Positions 19,248 through 29,163 of a DNA stretch of 64,000 bases are shown here, one piece after another. How positions within the stretch are numbered: position 1 is the stretch's first letter; every line of letters begins with the position of its first letter. The stretch spans positions 11,314 to 75,313 of the forward strand of contig CAIVSY010000041.1 of NCBI GenBank assembly GCA_903908715.1, read 5' to 3'. The notes beneath the pieces are model-generated. The model saw nothing but the letters and a program-made list of their open reading frames with translations. It was not told where the DNA came from and did no database searches. The DNA is from an uncultured bacterium. GTDB lineage: Bacteria > Verrucomicrobiota > Kiritimatiellia > CAIKKV01 > CAITUY01. The translations under genes were made by a program, and so were the position numbers.

Positions 19248-20108
19248 TTACAATTTCAACAGTTTCCCGGCGGTGCGTGCCGCCAGGTCTGTGTCCGGAA
19301 GACCCAGGTTCGGCAGGCGCGAGAACGGAATCATCTCGGCGGTCAGCGGCCCCTGGTAGCCGATTCTCTTCAGGGCTTCGAACACGGCGGGAAAGTCCAC
19401 TTCCCCCTCCAGGATGTCTTCCCCGAATCCGTGCAGGTTACCGCCGGCCAGCGAGTCGCCTTTCCAGTTCTTGATGTGGACGGCCTTGATTCGCTTGCCG
19501 ACAATCTCAATGTAGTCCTGTGACCGGACGTACAGGCAGGAATTCCCCACGTCAAAGTACATTCCGATCCGGTCCGACGGGAACTGGTCGAGAAAGAATT
19601 TCCACTCCATGGGCGAGAGAAGGAATCGGCCCCAGACATTCTCCAGTGCAATATTCACCCCGAGTTTTGCCGCCACAGGCTCCAGTTCCTGCAGAGACCT
19701 GACCGACTGCTTCCACGCCGTCTCGTACGGTGTTACGGGGATCGATGGATCCCAGGGGACCCGTGATGCCCCCGGGACAACCAGGACACTTTCCGCGCCC
19801 AGCCAGTTGGCGATCTGCAGATACTTCCGGGAAAAGGCGATGGCTTCCTTCCGGACCGATTCATCGGCTGAACTCAGGGATTTTCCCCAGAAGAAACCCG
19901 TTGCCAGGGTTCTCAGGCCGATGGAATGCTGCCGCGCAAAGGCCGAGATTCGCCGGCATTCTTCCTCGGAAATATCTATTTTGATTGCATCTCCAACCGT
20001 CAGTTCCACCCCGTCGAGTCCGGACTTCCGGGCCCAATCGATAAACTCATACGGCGTCCTGACTCCTTCAAACCCGCCGAATATCCAATAATTCAGGGCC
20101 TTGTACAT
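19248..20108 (-). CDS. Sugar phosphate isomerase/epimerase
   Basis: LENVW, FLLSP, YFDVGN, VHIK, LTAE. Confidence 0.85.
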   Translation of the reverse strand: MYKALNYWIFGGFEGVRTPYEFIDWARKSGLDGVELTVGDAIKIDISEEECRRISAFARQHSIGLRTLATGFFWGKSLSSADESVRKEAIAFSRKYLQIANWLGAESVLVVPGASRVPWDPSIPVTPYETAWKQSVRSLQELEPVAAKLGVNIALENVWGRFLLSPMEWKFFLDQFPSDRIGMYFDVGNSCLYVRSQDYIEIVGKRIKAVHIKNWKGDSLAGGNLHGFGEDILEGEVDFPAVFEALKRIGYQGPLTAEMIPFSRLPNLGLPDTDLAARTAGKLLKL

Positions 20109-20246
20109 GGCATCTCCTTCATTCAAATGGCGTCAACATATCAGGCGTAAACAAGAAATAATATGAAAAAATATACGCGCGGTAAAGTTGAGGTTTAGAG
20201 TCATTTATTCTGCTGATCCGGCGCAATTCAGTTGCCGGTCGGCATT

Positions 20247-20283
20247 CCCTTTCCCTTGACGTGAGAGGGTTTGGGTGGGGGTG
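20247..20283 (+). repeat. Degenerate REP-like palindromic repeat
   Basis: CCCTTTCCCTTGACGTGAGAGGGTTTGGGTGGGGGTG; resembles copies at about 26.7 kb and 61.3 kb. Confidence 0.5.
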
Positions 20284-20450
20284 GTTTGAATGGAATCGCT
20301 CCGGATGAAGGAGGCGAAGGATTTCCTGATCCGGAACGGGCATGGTGGAAGCCGATGGAAGCGACCGAAAATCGTTTGCATGCGAGGCTTGGAAAACATA
20401 GCATGAAAGGCTGTGGTGTTATTGTCTGCGGTGCGAAGCGGAGGTTGTGT

Positions 20451-21554
20451 ATGGCCAAGGTTGTATTGGAGCGCGTTGAAAAGGTGTACCCGGGTGCCGT
20501 AAAGGCGGTGGATAACTTCAATCTGGAAATCCGCCAGGGTGAATTCGTGGTGCTTGTGGGACCCTCCGGTTGCGGAAAATCCACCACTCTGCGCATGGTG
20601 GCGGGACTCGAGGAAATTACGGGTGGGACCATAAAGATCGGTGATCGCGTTGTGAATGATGTTCCGCCCAAGGACCGGGATATCGCGATGGTATTCCAGA
20701 ACTACGCGCTCTACCCGCATATGACAGTGCGGGAGAACATGGCGTTCGGGCTCAAGCTCCGCAAGTTTCCCAAGAGCGAAATTGAGGCGCGGGTGAAAGA
20801 GGCCGCGAGCATCCTGGGGCTCAGCGAATTGCTCGATCGCCGCCCCAAGGCCCTCTCCGGAGGGCAGCGCCAGCGTGTGGCCGTGGGCCGCGCGATTGTG
20901 CGGAAACCCGAGGTTTTCCTGTTTGATGAGCCCCTTTCCAACCTGGACGCCAAAATGCGAGTGCAGATGCGCGTGGAAATCAGCCGGCTGCACCAGAAAC
21001 TGGGCGCCACCATGATTTATGTTACCCATGACCAGATCGAGGCGATGACCATGGGGGAACGGATCGTGGTTATGAAGGACGGATTGATCCAGCAGGTGGC
21101 TTCGCCGCTGGAGTTGTACGACAAACCCAGTAACCAGTTTGTCGCCGGATTTATCGGTACGCCGCCTATGAATTTTGTGAACGGCGTGATGTGCGAGGCG
21201 AATGGACAGATGATGTTTGAAGGGCCTGAAGGGGTACGGCTTGCGGTCTCCGCGGCGACGAAGACGGCCCTGGCGGCCTACCTCGGGAAGCCCGTTGTCC
21301 TGGGATTGCGGCCTGAACACATCGGTTCCACGGCGGCAGAGAGCCTTTCCGGCGCTCCCCGGATCCAGGCCACGGTGGATGTGATCGAGCTGATGGGGTC
21401 GGAATCCTATGTCTATCTTCGCAACGGCGGATGGAATTTCGTCAGCCGGGTTGATGCGCACCGCAAATTCAACGTTGGCGCAACAGCAGACCTTGCGGTG
21501 TTGATTGACAAGGCGCATTTCTTTGATCCGGCCAGCGGGAAGCGGATAGACTGA
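20451..21554 (+). CDS. Sugar ABC transporter ATP-binding protein (MalK/UgpC/MsmK)
   Basis: GPSGCGKS, FQNYALYPH, LSGGQRQR, DEPLSNLD, C-terminal TOBE region. Confidence 0.93.
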   Translation: MAKVVLERVEKVYPGAVKAVDNFNLEIRQGEFVVLVGPSGCGKSTTLRMVAGLEEITGGTIKIGDRVVNDVPPKDRDIAMVFQNYALYPHMTVRENMAFGLKLRKFPKSEIEARVKEAASILGLSELLDRRPKALSGGQRQRVAVGRAIVRKPEVFLFDEPLSNLDAKMRVQMRVEISRLHQKLGATMIYVTHDQIEAMTMGERIVVMKDGLIQQVASPLELYDKPSNQFVAGFIGTPPMNFVNGVMCEANGQMMFEGPEGVRLAVSAATKTALAAYLGKPVVLGLRPEHIGSTAAESLSGAPRIQATVDVIELMGSESYVYLRNGGWNFVSRVDAHRKFNVGATADLAVLIDKAHFFDPASGKRID

Positions 21555-21581
21555 GTTCTCCGGGCTCGAGGGAGGATCAAC

Positions 21582-22577
21582 GTGAGTCGCAAGAAGGCCA
21601 TCTACCTCCTGGGTAGCGAGCATTTCCAGGGTATTTACGGGGACGAGGAACAAACCAGGATTGCCGGATTGGTTGATATTGTCGCCCCGCCGCAGACGGC
21701 GGAATCCATCCGGGAGAATCCTTCCGTGCTGCGCGATGTCGAAATCATCCTGAGCGGATGGGGCATGGCCGATGTGGATGATGCCTTTATCCGGTCGGCG
21801 CCGAAACTGAAGGCCATTTTCTATGCAGCCGGGTCGGTGAAGGACTTTGCCGGTCGGGCTCTCGATGCAGGCATCCTGGTGACCAGTGCTTATGCGGCTA
21901 ATGGCATTCCCGTGGCGGAATACTGTGTTGCCAACATCATCATGGGGTTGAAACAATTCCTCCCCCAGACGCGGCAGGCACATACCCGGCGCATATGGAA
22001 CCGCGCCCCGCGGATCCCGGGCGCCTATCGTTCCACCGTCGGCCTTGTTTCCCTTGGCATGGTCGGCCGGCATGTCCTCCATCTCCTGCGCTCGTATGAT
22101 GTACGGATCATCGTCTACTGCATTACGATGAACGACCAGCGGGCAGGCGAACTGGGCGTGCGCAATGGTTCGCTGCAGGAAGTGTTCGCGGTTTCGGATG
22201 TCGTTTCAATCCATACCGCCCTCACTCCGGAAACAGTCGGGATGATCACTGGAAAGCATATCGCCGCCATGAAGGAGGGGGCGACCCTGATCAATACCTC
22301 CCGGGGCGCGGTGATCCGTGAACCCGAGATGGTCGAGGTTCTGCGGCGGCGTCCGGATCTGACCGCCGTCCTGGATGTTACGGATCCGGAACCGCCGGCA
22401 CAGGATTCCCCGCTGTATCAACTCGAGAATGTTTTCCTCACGCCGCACATTGCCGGCTCCACGGGCCCCGAGTGCGGCCGGATGGGAAGCTATGCGGTGA
22501 AGGAACTGGAAAACTATCTTGCCGGTAAACCGCCCATCCACGGCGTGACGCGGGAAATGTTGCGCACCATGGCCTGA
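21582..22577 (+). CDS. D-isomer-specific 2-hydroxyacid dehydrogenase
   Basis: LINTSRG, AVLDVTDPEP, TPHIAGS. Confidence 0.9.
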   Translation: MSRKKAIYLLGSEHFQGIYGDEEQTRIAGLVDIVAPPQTAESIRENPSVLRDVEIILSGWGMADVDDAFIRSAPKLKAIFYAAGSVKDFAGRALDAGILVTSAYAANGIPVAEYCVANIIMGLKQFLPQTRQAHTRRIWNRAPRIPGAYRSTVGLVSLGMVGRHVLHLLRSYDVRIIVYCITMNDQRAGELGVRNGSLQEVFAVSDVVSIHTALTPETVGMITGKHIAAMKEGATLINTSRGAVIREPEMVEVLRRRPDLTAVLDVTDPEPPAQDSPLYQLENVFLTPHIAGSTGPECGRMGSYAVKELENYLAGKPPIHGVTREMLRTMA

Positions 22578-22718
22578 TGAGCCGGACCCGCAACGGGAAC
22601 GGCTGCCGATATCGCGACGCGTTCTGATCTTCCGCTGGATCCGGGAAGTTCCTTCGCATACCTGAAGCAAACGCGAGCGTGGACTTGCGTGAGGAATCTG
22701 CAATAATCCGGCCAGAGT

Positions 22719-24086
22719 ATGAAGGCGGATTCCGATACCATTGCGGCCATTGCCACGGCTCCGGGCGAAGGGGCTATTTCAGTGGTGCGGGTGTCGGGTC
22801 CCGGCAGTCTGGAAATAGCCGACCGGATTTTCCGCTGCCGGGGTCCCCTGCCCTCGCAACGGGCTGGAGGCAGCTTCGTGTATGGGTATGTCATTCATGA
22901 AGGCACGGTTGCGGACGAAGGGCTGCTCCTGATCTATCGCGCTCCCCGGAGTTATACGCGAGAGGATTCGATCGAGATTCAAGGCCATGGGGGAAGCGCG
23001 GCGTCCCAGCGTATTCTTCGTGCGATCCTGGATGCGGGAGCCCGGCCGGCGAATCCGGGCGAGTTCACCCAGCGTGCGTTTCTCAACGGGCGGATTGATC
23101 TGCTGCAGGCCGAGGCGGTCTTGGATCTGATCAGGGCACGATCCGATCGCGCGGCCGCTGCTGCCTTGGATCAGATGGAGGGTCGGCTTAGCCGCATCTT
23201 TGGTTTGATGTATGACCGGCTTCTCCGATTGGCAGCCGAAATGGAGGCCACATTGGACTTTGGCGACGAGGAATTGCCGCCGACGATTCTTCAGGATGTG
23301 GCCCTGCGTCTACAGGCAGTCGAACAGGAGATGGCTCTTGTTTTATCCACATGGGGGGAAGGCCACCTATTGCGGGAAGGGGCCCTGGTTGTGATTGGCG
23401 GAAAGCCGAATGTTGGCAAATCCACACTATTGAATAGTCTTCTCGGCACCCAGCGCGCCATTGTAAACCAAGTCCCGGGCACAACCCGCGACACAATAGA
23501 GGAACATATGGTCATTGATGGCTATCCGGTCCGAATTGTTGACACGGCTGGATTGCGGGATACAGATTGCGAAGTGGAAGGCGAAGGCATTCGCCGGGCG
23601 CGTCACTCCATACAAAAGGCCGACATTCTGATCTATATGATGGATGCGTCCGGCGAGGTTGATGAAGAGGATCTGGCCGCCTTACGCGCAAAGGATGAAG
23701 GGCATACCATCATTCTGGCCAATAAGAGTGATCTTGCAATAAGCGAGTCAATAAGGTCATATATGACTAAAACGACCGTTATCGCCTGCTCTCTTGTCCG
23801 CAATGAAGGCATTGCAGAAATCAAGCAAAGAATCGCTGATCAATTGAAGTCGCAATCCTCATCTATCCACCATTCCGCGATTTCCGAACGGCATAGGAAA
23901 ATCCTTGTGCTGGCCATCAAGGATATCCAGGAAGCACTCTTGATTCTCCGGGACAAGGACGCGGAGATTCCCTTGGCGTCTTCGCACATCCGTTCCGCCT
24001 TGGAGCATCTCGGAGAGGCCAATGGCAGAGTCTATCACGAGGAACTGCTTCAGAATATTTTTTCCCGCTTCTGCATTGGAAAGTGA
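22719..24086 (+). CDS. mnmE: tRNA modification GTPase MnmE
   Basis: DTIAAIAT, GKPNVGKS, GTTRD, DTAG, NKSD, C-terminal FCIGK. Confidence 0.97.
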   Translation: MKADSDTIAAIATAPGEGAISVVRVSGPGSLEIADRIFRCRGPLPSQRAGGSFVYGYVIHEGTVADEGLLLIYRAPRSYTREDSIEIQGHGGSAASQRILRAILDAGARPANPGEFTQRAFLNGRIDLLQAEAVLDLIRARSDRAAAAALDQMEGRLSRIFGLMYDRLLRLAAEMEATLDFGDEELPPTILQDVALRLQAVEQEMALVLSTWGEGHLLREGALVVIGGKPNVGKSTLLNSLLGTQRAIVNQVPGTTRDTIEEHMVIDGYPVRIVDTAGLRDTDCEVEGEGIRRARHSIQKADILIYMMDASGEVDEEDLAALRAKDEGHTIILANKSDLAISESIRSYMTKTTVIACSLVRNEGIAEIKQRIADQLKSQSSSIHHSAISERHRKILVLAIKDIQEALLILRDKDAEIPLASSHIRSALEHLGEANGRVYHEELLQNIFSRFCIGK

Positions 24087-24101
24087 GGCTGTGATCGGAC
24101 G

Positions 24102-26009
24102 ATGCAGTACGAAGTCATTGTCGTAGGAGCTGGTCATGCAGGATGCGAGGCTGCTCTTGCCGCAGCCAGAATGGGCGCTACAACCGCCTTGATTACCCTT
24201 CAAAGTCAGGCCATTGCTCGAATGTCCTGTAATCCAGCCGTAGGCGGAATCGCCAAATCCCACATCGTTTGTGAGATCGATTCTCTCGGCGGAGAAATGG
24301 CTCGCAACACAGACTATACCGGTATTCAGTTCCGAACGTTGAATACAAAAAAAGGTCCTGCTGTACAAGCGTTTCGCGTGCAATGCGATAAAGATGCCTA
24401 TTCCTTGCGGATGCAGGCCGTCGTCCGCGCCGCACCCAACCTTTCTGTCATTGAGGCCGCAGTCGATGGCCTTCAGTGCCACTCCGGACGCGTCTGCGGC
24501 GTTGTCCTTAACGATCAATCTGTCATTCAGGCCAATACCGTCATTCTTACCACGGGGACATTCCTGCGAGGCATGATCCATATCGGGGCAAAACAATATC
24601 CTGGCGGACGCAATGGAGAGCCCGCCGTTCCCAATCTCAGTCTTCAACTCCGGCAGATGGGCTTCCGGATCGGACGGCTAAAAACAGGAACGCCACCCCG
24701 AATCCGCAAGGAATCTATTGCATGGGAAAAACTGTCGGTTCAGCCCGGCGAAGAACCGCCATCCTTTTTCTCGGATGAAGTCCGACAGGAGCAAATGTTC
24801 CACGTGGAACATTGTGAGTCCGGTTCATCCCTGGAGTCTTCATGCGGAAGATCCGGACAGGCATTGTTCCACGTGGAACAATCGGCGTTACGTCCCTGGA
24901 GCCCGGGATGGTGTCAGGTTCCGTGTTATATAACGCACACGACGACGGAAACGCACGCGATTATTCGGGAGAACCTGTCGAAAAGCTCGATGTATGGGGG
25001 GAACATTACGGGGACGGGTGTGCGATATTGTCCATCGATTGAGGATAAAATCGTTAAATTTGCGGATAAGGATAGCCATCATGTCTTCTTGGAGCCGGAA
25101 GGTCGCACGCATCCGGATATTTATCCAAACGGGACGTCGAATAGCCTTCCTGAGGATATTCAGGAAAGGATGATTCGTTCGATCCCTGGTATGGAGCGGG
25201 CGGTTTTCAGTAAATGGGCTTATGCGATTGAGTATGATTTCTGTGATCCGACTCAGCTTTTCCACTCTTTGGAGTCGAAAATCATCGAGGGGCTTTACAT
25301 GGCCGGGCAAATCAATGGCACAACAGGCTATGAGGAGGCGGCGGGCCAGGGGTTTTTGGCAGGTGTGAATGCTGTTCGTAAATGCCGCGGGCTGAATTCT
25401 TGGACATTGAGCCGTACTGAGTCCTACATCGGGGTATTGATTGATGATCTTGTGACAAAGGGTACGAATGAGCCGTATCGGATGTTCACTTCCCGGGCGG
25501 AATACCGACTGTTGCTTCGGCAGGATAACGCTTGTTTCCGGATGTTGCCGCACGCGAAGGAAATCGGAATTGTCGGTTCGGAGGTATTGAACCGGTGGCA
25601 GAGGCAAGCACAGGAGATCCGGACAGAAATCGCGCGCCTGGAGAAGACGGCCTCACAAGCTGGCACTTTGGCGCAGATGTTAAGGAGGACGGGAGTCTCG
25701 TATGCGGATCTCAATGGCGCCTTGCCCTTGGATTCCAAGGTGGTGGAACAGGTTGAGATCGAAGTCAAATATGCCGGCTATATAACGAGGGAATCACAAC
25801 AGGCTCTTAAGTTGCAACAGATTGATAGTCAGTTAATTCCAAATTGGATTAATTATGATTCCATCCAGACTTTGCGGTATGAATGTCGGGAAAAACTTAA
25901 AAGATTGCGGCCGGAATCCATTGGTCAGGCCGCCCGCATATCTGGTGTAACGCCAGCCGACATAGCCATTCTTGCCATTGTCATAAAAAGAGGAGAAGGG
26001 ACTAGGTAG
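24102..26009 (+). CDS. mnmG: tRNA uridine-5-carboxymethylaminomethyl modification enzyme MnmG
   Basis: GAGHAGCEAA, MSCNPAVGG, KTGTPPR, RYCPSIEDK, AGQINGTTGYEEA, YRMFTSRAEYRL. Confidence 0.97.
   Translation: MQYEVIVVGAGHAGCEAALAAARMGATTALITLQSQAIARMSCNPAVGGIAKSHIVCEIDSLGGEMARNTDYTGIQFRTLNTKKGPAVQAFRVQCDKDAYSLRMQAVVRAAPNLSVIEAAVDGLQCHSGRVCGVVLNDQSVIQANTVILTTGTFLRGMIHIGAKQYPGGRNGEPAVPNLSLQLRQMGFRIGRLKTGTPPRIRKESIAWEKLSVQPGEEPPSFFSDEVRQEQMFHVEHCESGSSLESSCGRSGQALFHVEQSALRPWSPGWCQVPCYITHTTTETHAIIRENLSKSSMYGGNITGTGVRYCPSIEDKIVKFADKDSHHVFLEPEGRTHPDIYPNGTSNSLPEDIQERMIRSIPGMERAVFSKWAYAIEYDFCDPTQLFHSLESKIIEGLYMAGQINGTTGYEEAAGQGFLAGVNAVRKCRGLNSWTLSRTESYIGVLIDDLVTKGTNEPYRMFTSRAEYRLLLRQDNACFRMLPHAKEIGIVGSEVLNRWQRQAQEIRTEIARLEKTASQAGTLAQMLRRTGVSYADLNGALPLDSKVVEQVEIEVKYAGYITRESQQALKLQQIDSQLIPNWINYDSIQTLRYECREKLKRLRPESIGQAARISGVTPADIAILAIVIKRGEGTR
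24796..24811. promoter_or_regulatory. parS centromere-like site
   Basis: Perfect palindrome TGTTCCACGTGGAACA, the canonical parS. Confidence 0.9.
24865..24880. promoter_or_regulatory. parS centromere-like site
   Basis: Second perfect TGTTCCACGTGGAACA. Confidence 0.9.
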
Positions 26010-26105
26010 TCATAGCTGACTTATTCGTCGTGTTTAGTTGTTGAATTGTATTATGGCCGGATGCGGGTTGGTTTCGGACTGCGCTTCGGCGGAAAGGAAG
26101 GGAAA

Positions 26106-26537
26106 ATGCGCGCGTTGTTACTGATGGGTTTTTGGATGCTCATGGCTGGACTGACCGGATGCGGGAGCCCGGAGAATATCAGTGTTGATATTCTCGCGCC
26201 GCTGCAAGTAAAGAAAGGCGATGAATTTGTCATCACCGCTTGTGTCAGCAACTCGGCGAAGAATGGTCAAACACTGGTCAGCCTGGATATCGGCGACAAA
26301 TACATGGAAGGCATTGCGATCCTGAAGACGGACCCGAATCATAAGGAAGCGAGCCACGTGCCGATTGACAACACCATGAGTTACGTCTTCCGCCTGCCCG
26401 TGCAACCCGGAGAGGAAAAGCGCGTCCTGCTTCACGCAAAGGCCATCAAGGCCGGGGATTTTAACTCGGAAATCGATTTCTGCATCAACTCGGATGTGAT
26501 GTTCCTGACCAAGGGTGTGAGAACGATCGTGGAATAG
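26106..26537 (+). CDS. Putative lipoprotein, beta-rich/Ig-like
   Basis: Signal peptide ending in LTGC lipobox. Confidence 0.7.
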   Translation: MRALLLMGFWMLMAGLTGCGSPENISVDILAPLQVKKGDEFVITACVSNSAKNGQTLVSLDIGDKYMEGIAILKTDPNHKEASHVPIDNTMSYVFRLPVQPGEEKRVLLHAKAIKAGDFNSEIDFCINSDVMFLTKGVRTIVE

Positions 26538-26638
26538 GGCCGATTCCGCTCCCAAGTTGAGCGGACGGCGCTTGGAAGGGATTTTGCGCGATTCCAGCCG
26601 GACCAAGCCGGGCCGATTCAGTTGCCGGCTGCAATTTT

Positions 26639-26801
26639 CCTCACCTGCATCCTCTCAGCGCAAGGGGCGAGGAAGTGCAATGACTCTCCTTATGTCGTCA
26701 CCAGGAGGGGATGACACAGAATGATCCAGAATTTCCTCTCCCTTGACGGGGGCCGCCTCTGGGCAAGCGCTTCCGCGATCCCCGGAGGTTCAGGGTGAGG
26801 G
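26639..26801. repeat. Two inverted degenerate REP-like palindromic repeats
   Basis: CCTCACCTGCATCCTCTCAGCGCAAGGGGCGAGG (from 26639) and CCTCTCCCTTGACGGG...GGAGGTTCAGGGTGAGGG (26735-26801). Confidence 0.5.
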
Positions 26802-26824
26802 CGTTTTGATTTAACTCTTTCCGG

Positions 26825-27187
26825 CTAAGTGTGTTCCTGCATCTGCTGCTTGAGGATGCGTATGCGTTCCTCGAGTTCGCGGATCCGGTACAGTGAGCGA
26901 CCCATGAGGTAGATTCCCAGGACAACCAGGGCGATGCTCATGGCGGCCACGGGTACAATCCAATAGATCACGCTCGATAACGTGTAAAGCCGCGAGGTGG
27001 CGATCAGTACGCTGAAAACCGACAAGGGGAGCGCGAATACGGCAATGGCGGTGCGCATCACGGAAAGAGCCGTCCGCTTCTCGGCCAGAAGCAACTCGAC
27101 TTCCCCGATAATCATGGAAATGGGAAGCCGCCTCCCGTTTCGTGAAGATGTCCCTGTAGCCGCCGGTGTACCCTGCATGTGTTCCAT
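26825..27187 (-). CDS. Small membrane protein, DUF202/YidH-like
   Basis: LLAEKRTALSVMRTAI motif followed by two TM helices. Confidence 0.7.
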   Translation of the reverse strand: MEHMQGTPAATGTSSRNGRRLPISMIIGEVELLLAEKRTALSVMRTAIAVFALPLSVFSVLIATSRLYTLSSVIYWIVPVAAMSIALVVLGIYLMGRSLYRIRELEERIRILKQQMQEHT

Positions 27188-27297
27188 ATATGCCTCTGAT
27201 TGCTTTCCGCCATTATGGAACGCCGGACGGCGGGAATCACGCGAAATGTGAGCGGTCCCGCAGATGGGTGTGAAGTCGAAAGAGGAGTGGAACGGGT

Positions 27298-29163
27298 TTA
27301 TTGCCCGAGGGCAGGGGAGGCGCTAATCAGATTCCGGAAGAGACCGGGAATCCGTGCCAGTTCCTCGTAGGTCCCATCCTGGACGATCTGTCCCTTGTCA
27401 AAAACCAGAACGCGATCGACATGCCGTACCGTACTCAGGCGATGGGCAATGACAATCGTTGTCCGTTGCCGCATCACGTCCTCCATGGCGCTCTGGATAC
27501 GCCGTTCGGATTCGTTATCGAGGGCGGAGGTGGCTTCGTCGAAGATATAGCAATCGGGGTTTGCCAGTACCGCCCGCGCGATGGCGATCCGCTGTTTCTG
27601 TCCTCCGGAGAAATTACTTCCTCCCTCGCTGACCCATGTCTGATACCCCTTCGGCAGTTCCGCGATCATGCGGTCGATATGTGCGATACGGGCGGCCTCC
27701 TGGACCTCGGCTTCACTTGCCTTGGGGTTTGTGATGCGGATATTGTCGAGGATTGTCATCTGGAACAGGAAGGGATTCTGCGGCACCACACCAAAGGCCT
27801 GACGAAGTTCCGCCAGCCCGTAGTCCCGCAGGTCGTGCCCGTTCAGGAGTATGCGCCCTGCGTCGACCTCATACAGGCGCTGCAAAAGGGATACGAAGGT
27901 GGTCTTGCCGGACCCGCTGCTGCCGACCAGGGCAACGGATTGACCGGATGGAATGGTGCAGTTGCACGTGTGGAAAATCGGCCGGTCGGGGGTGTACCCG
28001 AAGCAGACGGAGTCGAATTGAATGGAAAGGCCCCGCGGGCGGGCTTCGGCCTCAATGGATGCAGGCGCGAGCGTCACGCGCTGGGATTCGGGCTTCTCGG
28101 GCGTTGTTTCGCGTTCCTCGAAGATACGCTGGATGCGGGCGAGCCCCGCCTCGGCGTTGGCGCGGACGAGGTTGAGTTGCAGGAATGCCATCAGGGGCCC
28201 CATCAGGATTCCCACCGCCCCGATGAAGGCGAGGAACTCGCCCACCTCCAGGCGGCCCGTCACGCAGAACCATGCGCCGAAGGCATAGATCACACCGGTG
28301 CCGATGTACTGCACGGCCTCGGGCTTGATGTATTCCAGATGTTGACGGTTGGCCATATTCTCGCCTTCAGCCCGGACGCGGTCGATGTGCGTCTCGAATG
28401 TGTACCGGACATTCGACTCCATGGCGTAGATCTTCACGGCACGCGCACCCTGCAGGATGTCGGCGATATACCTTGCGGCGGCGGATTCCGCCTGCAGGAA
28501 GTTGCTGGATATCTCCTGCACCGCGAACCGGCTGCGGTAATTCATGTACACAATGACCACCACCATCACGAGGGTGATCCCGGTCATTGGCAGGTTGAAC
28601 CAGGCAAGGGTGGCCAGCGCGATGATCCAGCTGACAATCTGGTAGGGGATGAACATCGCGCCTTGCTGGAGGAACGTCTTGAGTGACTGCATGGGCGAGC
28701 CCATGATGTAGTTGAAAAGCTCGCCGCTGCCCACCTTGTCGTGGAAACGCAGGCAGAGGTGCTGGATGTGCCGGAAGAAGCGGCTTCGTAAATCGAAGAG
28801 CAATCCCTCGATGGTCGCGATCATCCGCACATAGCCGAAGCGCCAGATGACGACCCGCAAGAGGCCCACTCCCGCATATATGGCACTGAAGGCCAGTGCC
28901 CATCGGATCCGCACATCCGCAGCCAGGAGTTCACCGCCGGCGCCCTTGCGCAGGATGCCTTCATCCACGATCCACTTGATCAGCAGCGGCTGGACGGCAA
29001 CCCCGATCCCGGTCAGCAGGGAGCAAACGCTTGCGATGCCCAGTTCACCGCGGCAGGGACGGATGTAGTTCCAGAGGAGCTTCCAGAAGGGAAAGCCTGA
29101 AGGTGCGGAACCCGCCTTGACCCCGCCCTGGTTCCCCGCACCTGAATGGTTCTGCTCTTTCAT
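27298..29163 (-). CDS. ABC exporter, fused permease/ATP-binding protein
   Basis: Six-TM N-terminus; GSSGSGKT, FSGGQKQR, DEATSALD, IAHRLST. Confidence 0.92.
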   Translation of the reverse strand: MKEQNHSGAGNQGGVKAGSAPSGFPFWKLLWNYIRPCRGELGIASVCSLLTGIGVAVQPLLIKWIVDEGILRKGAGGELLAADVRIRWALAFSAIYAGVGLLRVVIWRFGYVRMIATIEGLLFDLRSRFFRHIQHLCLRFHDKVGSGELFNYIMGSPMQSLKTFLQQGAMFIPYQIVSWIIALATLAWFNLPMTGITLVMVVVIVYMNYRSRFAVQEISSNFLQAESAAARYIADILQGARAVKIYAMESNVRYTFETHIDRVRAEGENMANRQHLEYIKPEAVQYIGTGVIYAFGAWFCVTGRLEVGEFLAFIGAVGILMGPLMAFLQLNLVRANAEAGLARIQRIFEERETTPEKPESQRVTLAPASIEAEARPRGLSIQFDSVCFGYTPDRPIFHTCNCTIPSGQSVALVGSSGSGKTTFVSLLQRLYEVDAGRILLNGHDLRDYGLAELRQAFGVVPQNPFLFQMTILDNIRITNPKASEAEVQEAARIAHIDRMIAELPKGYQTWVSEGGSNFSGGQKQRIAIARAVLANPDCYIFDEATSALDNESERRIQSAMEDVMRQRTTIVIAHRLSTVRHVDRVLVFDKGQIVQDGTYEELARIPGLFRNLISASPALGQ

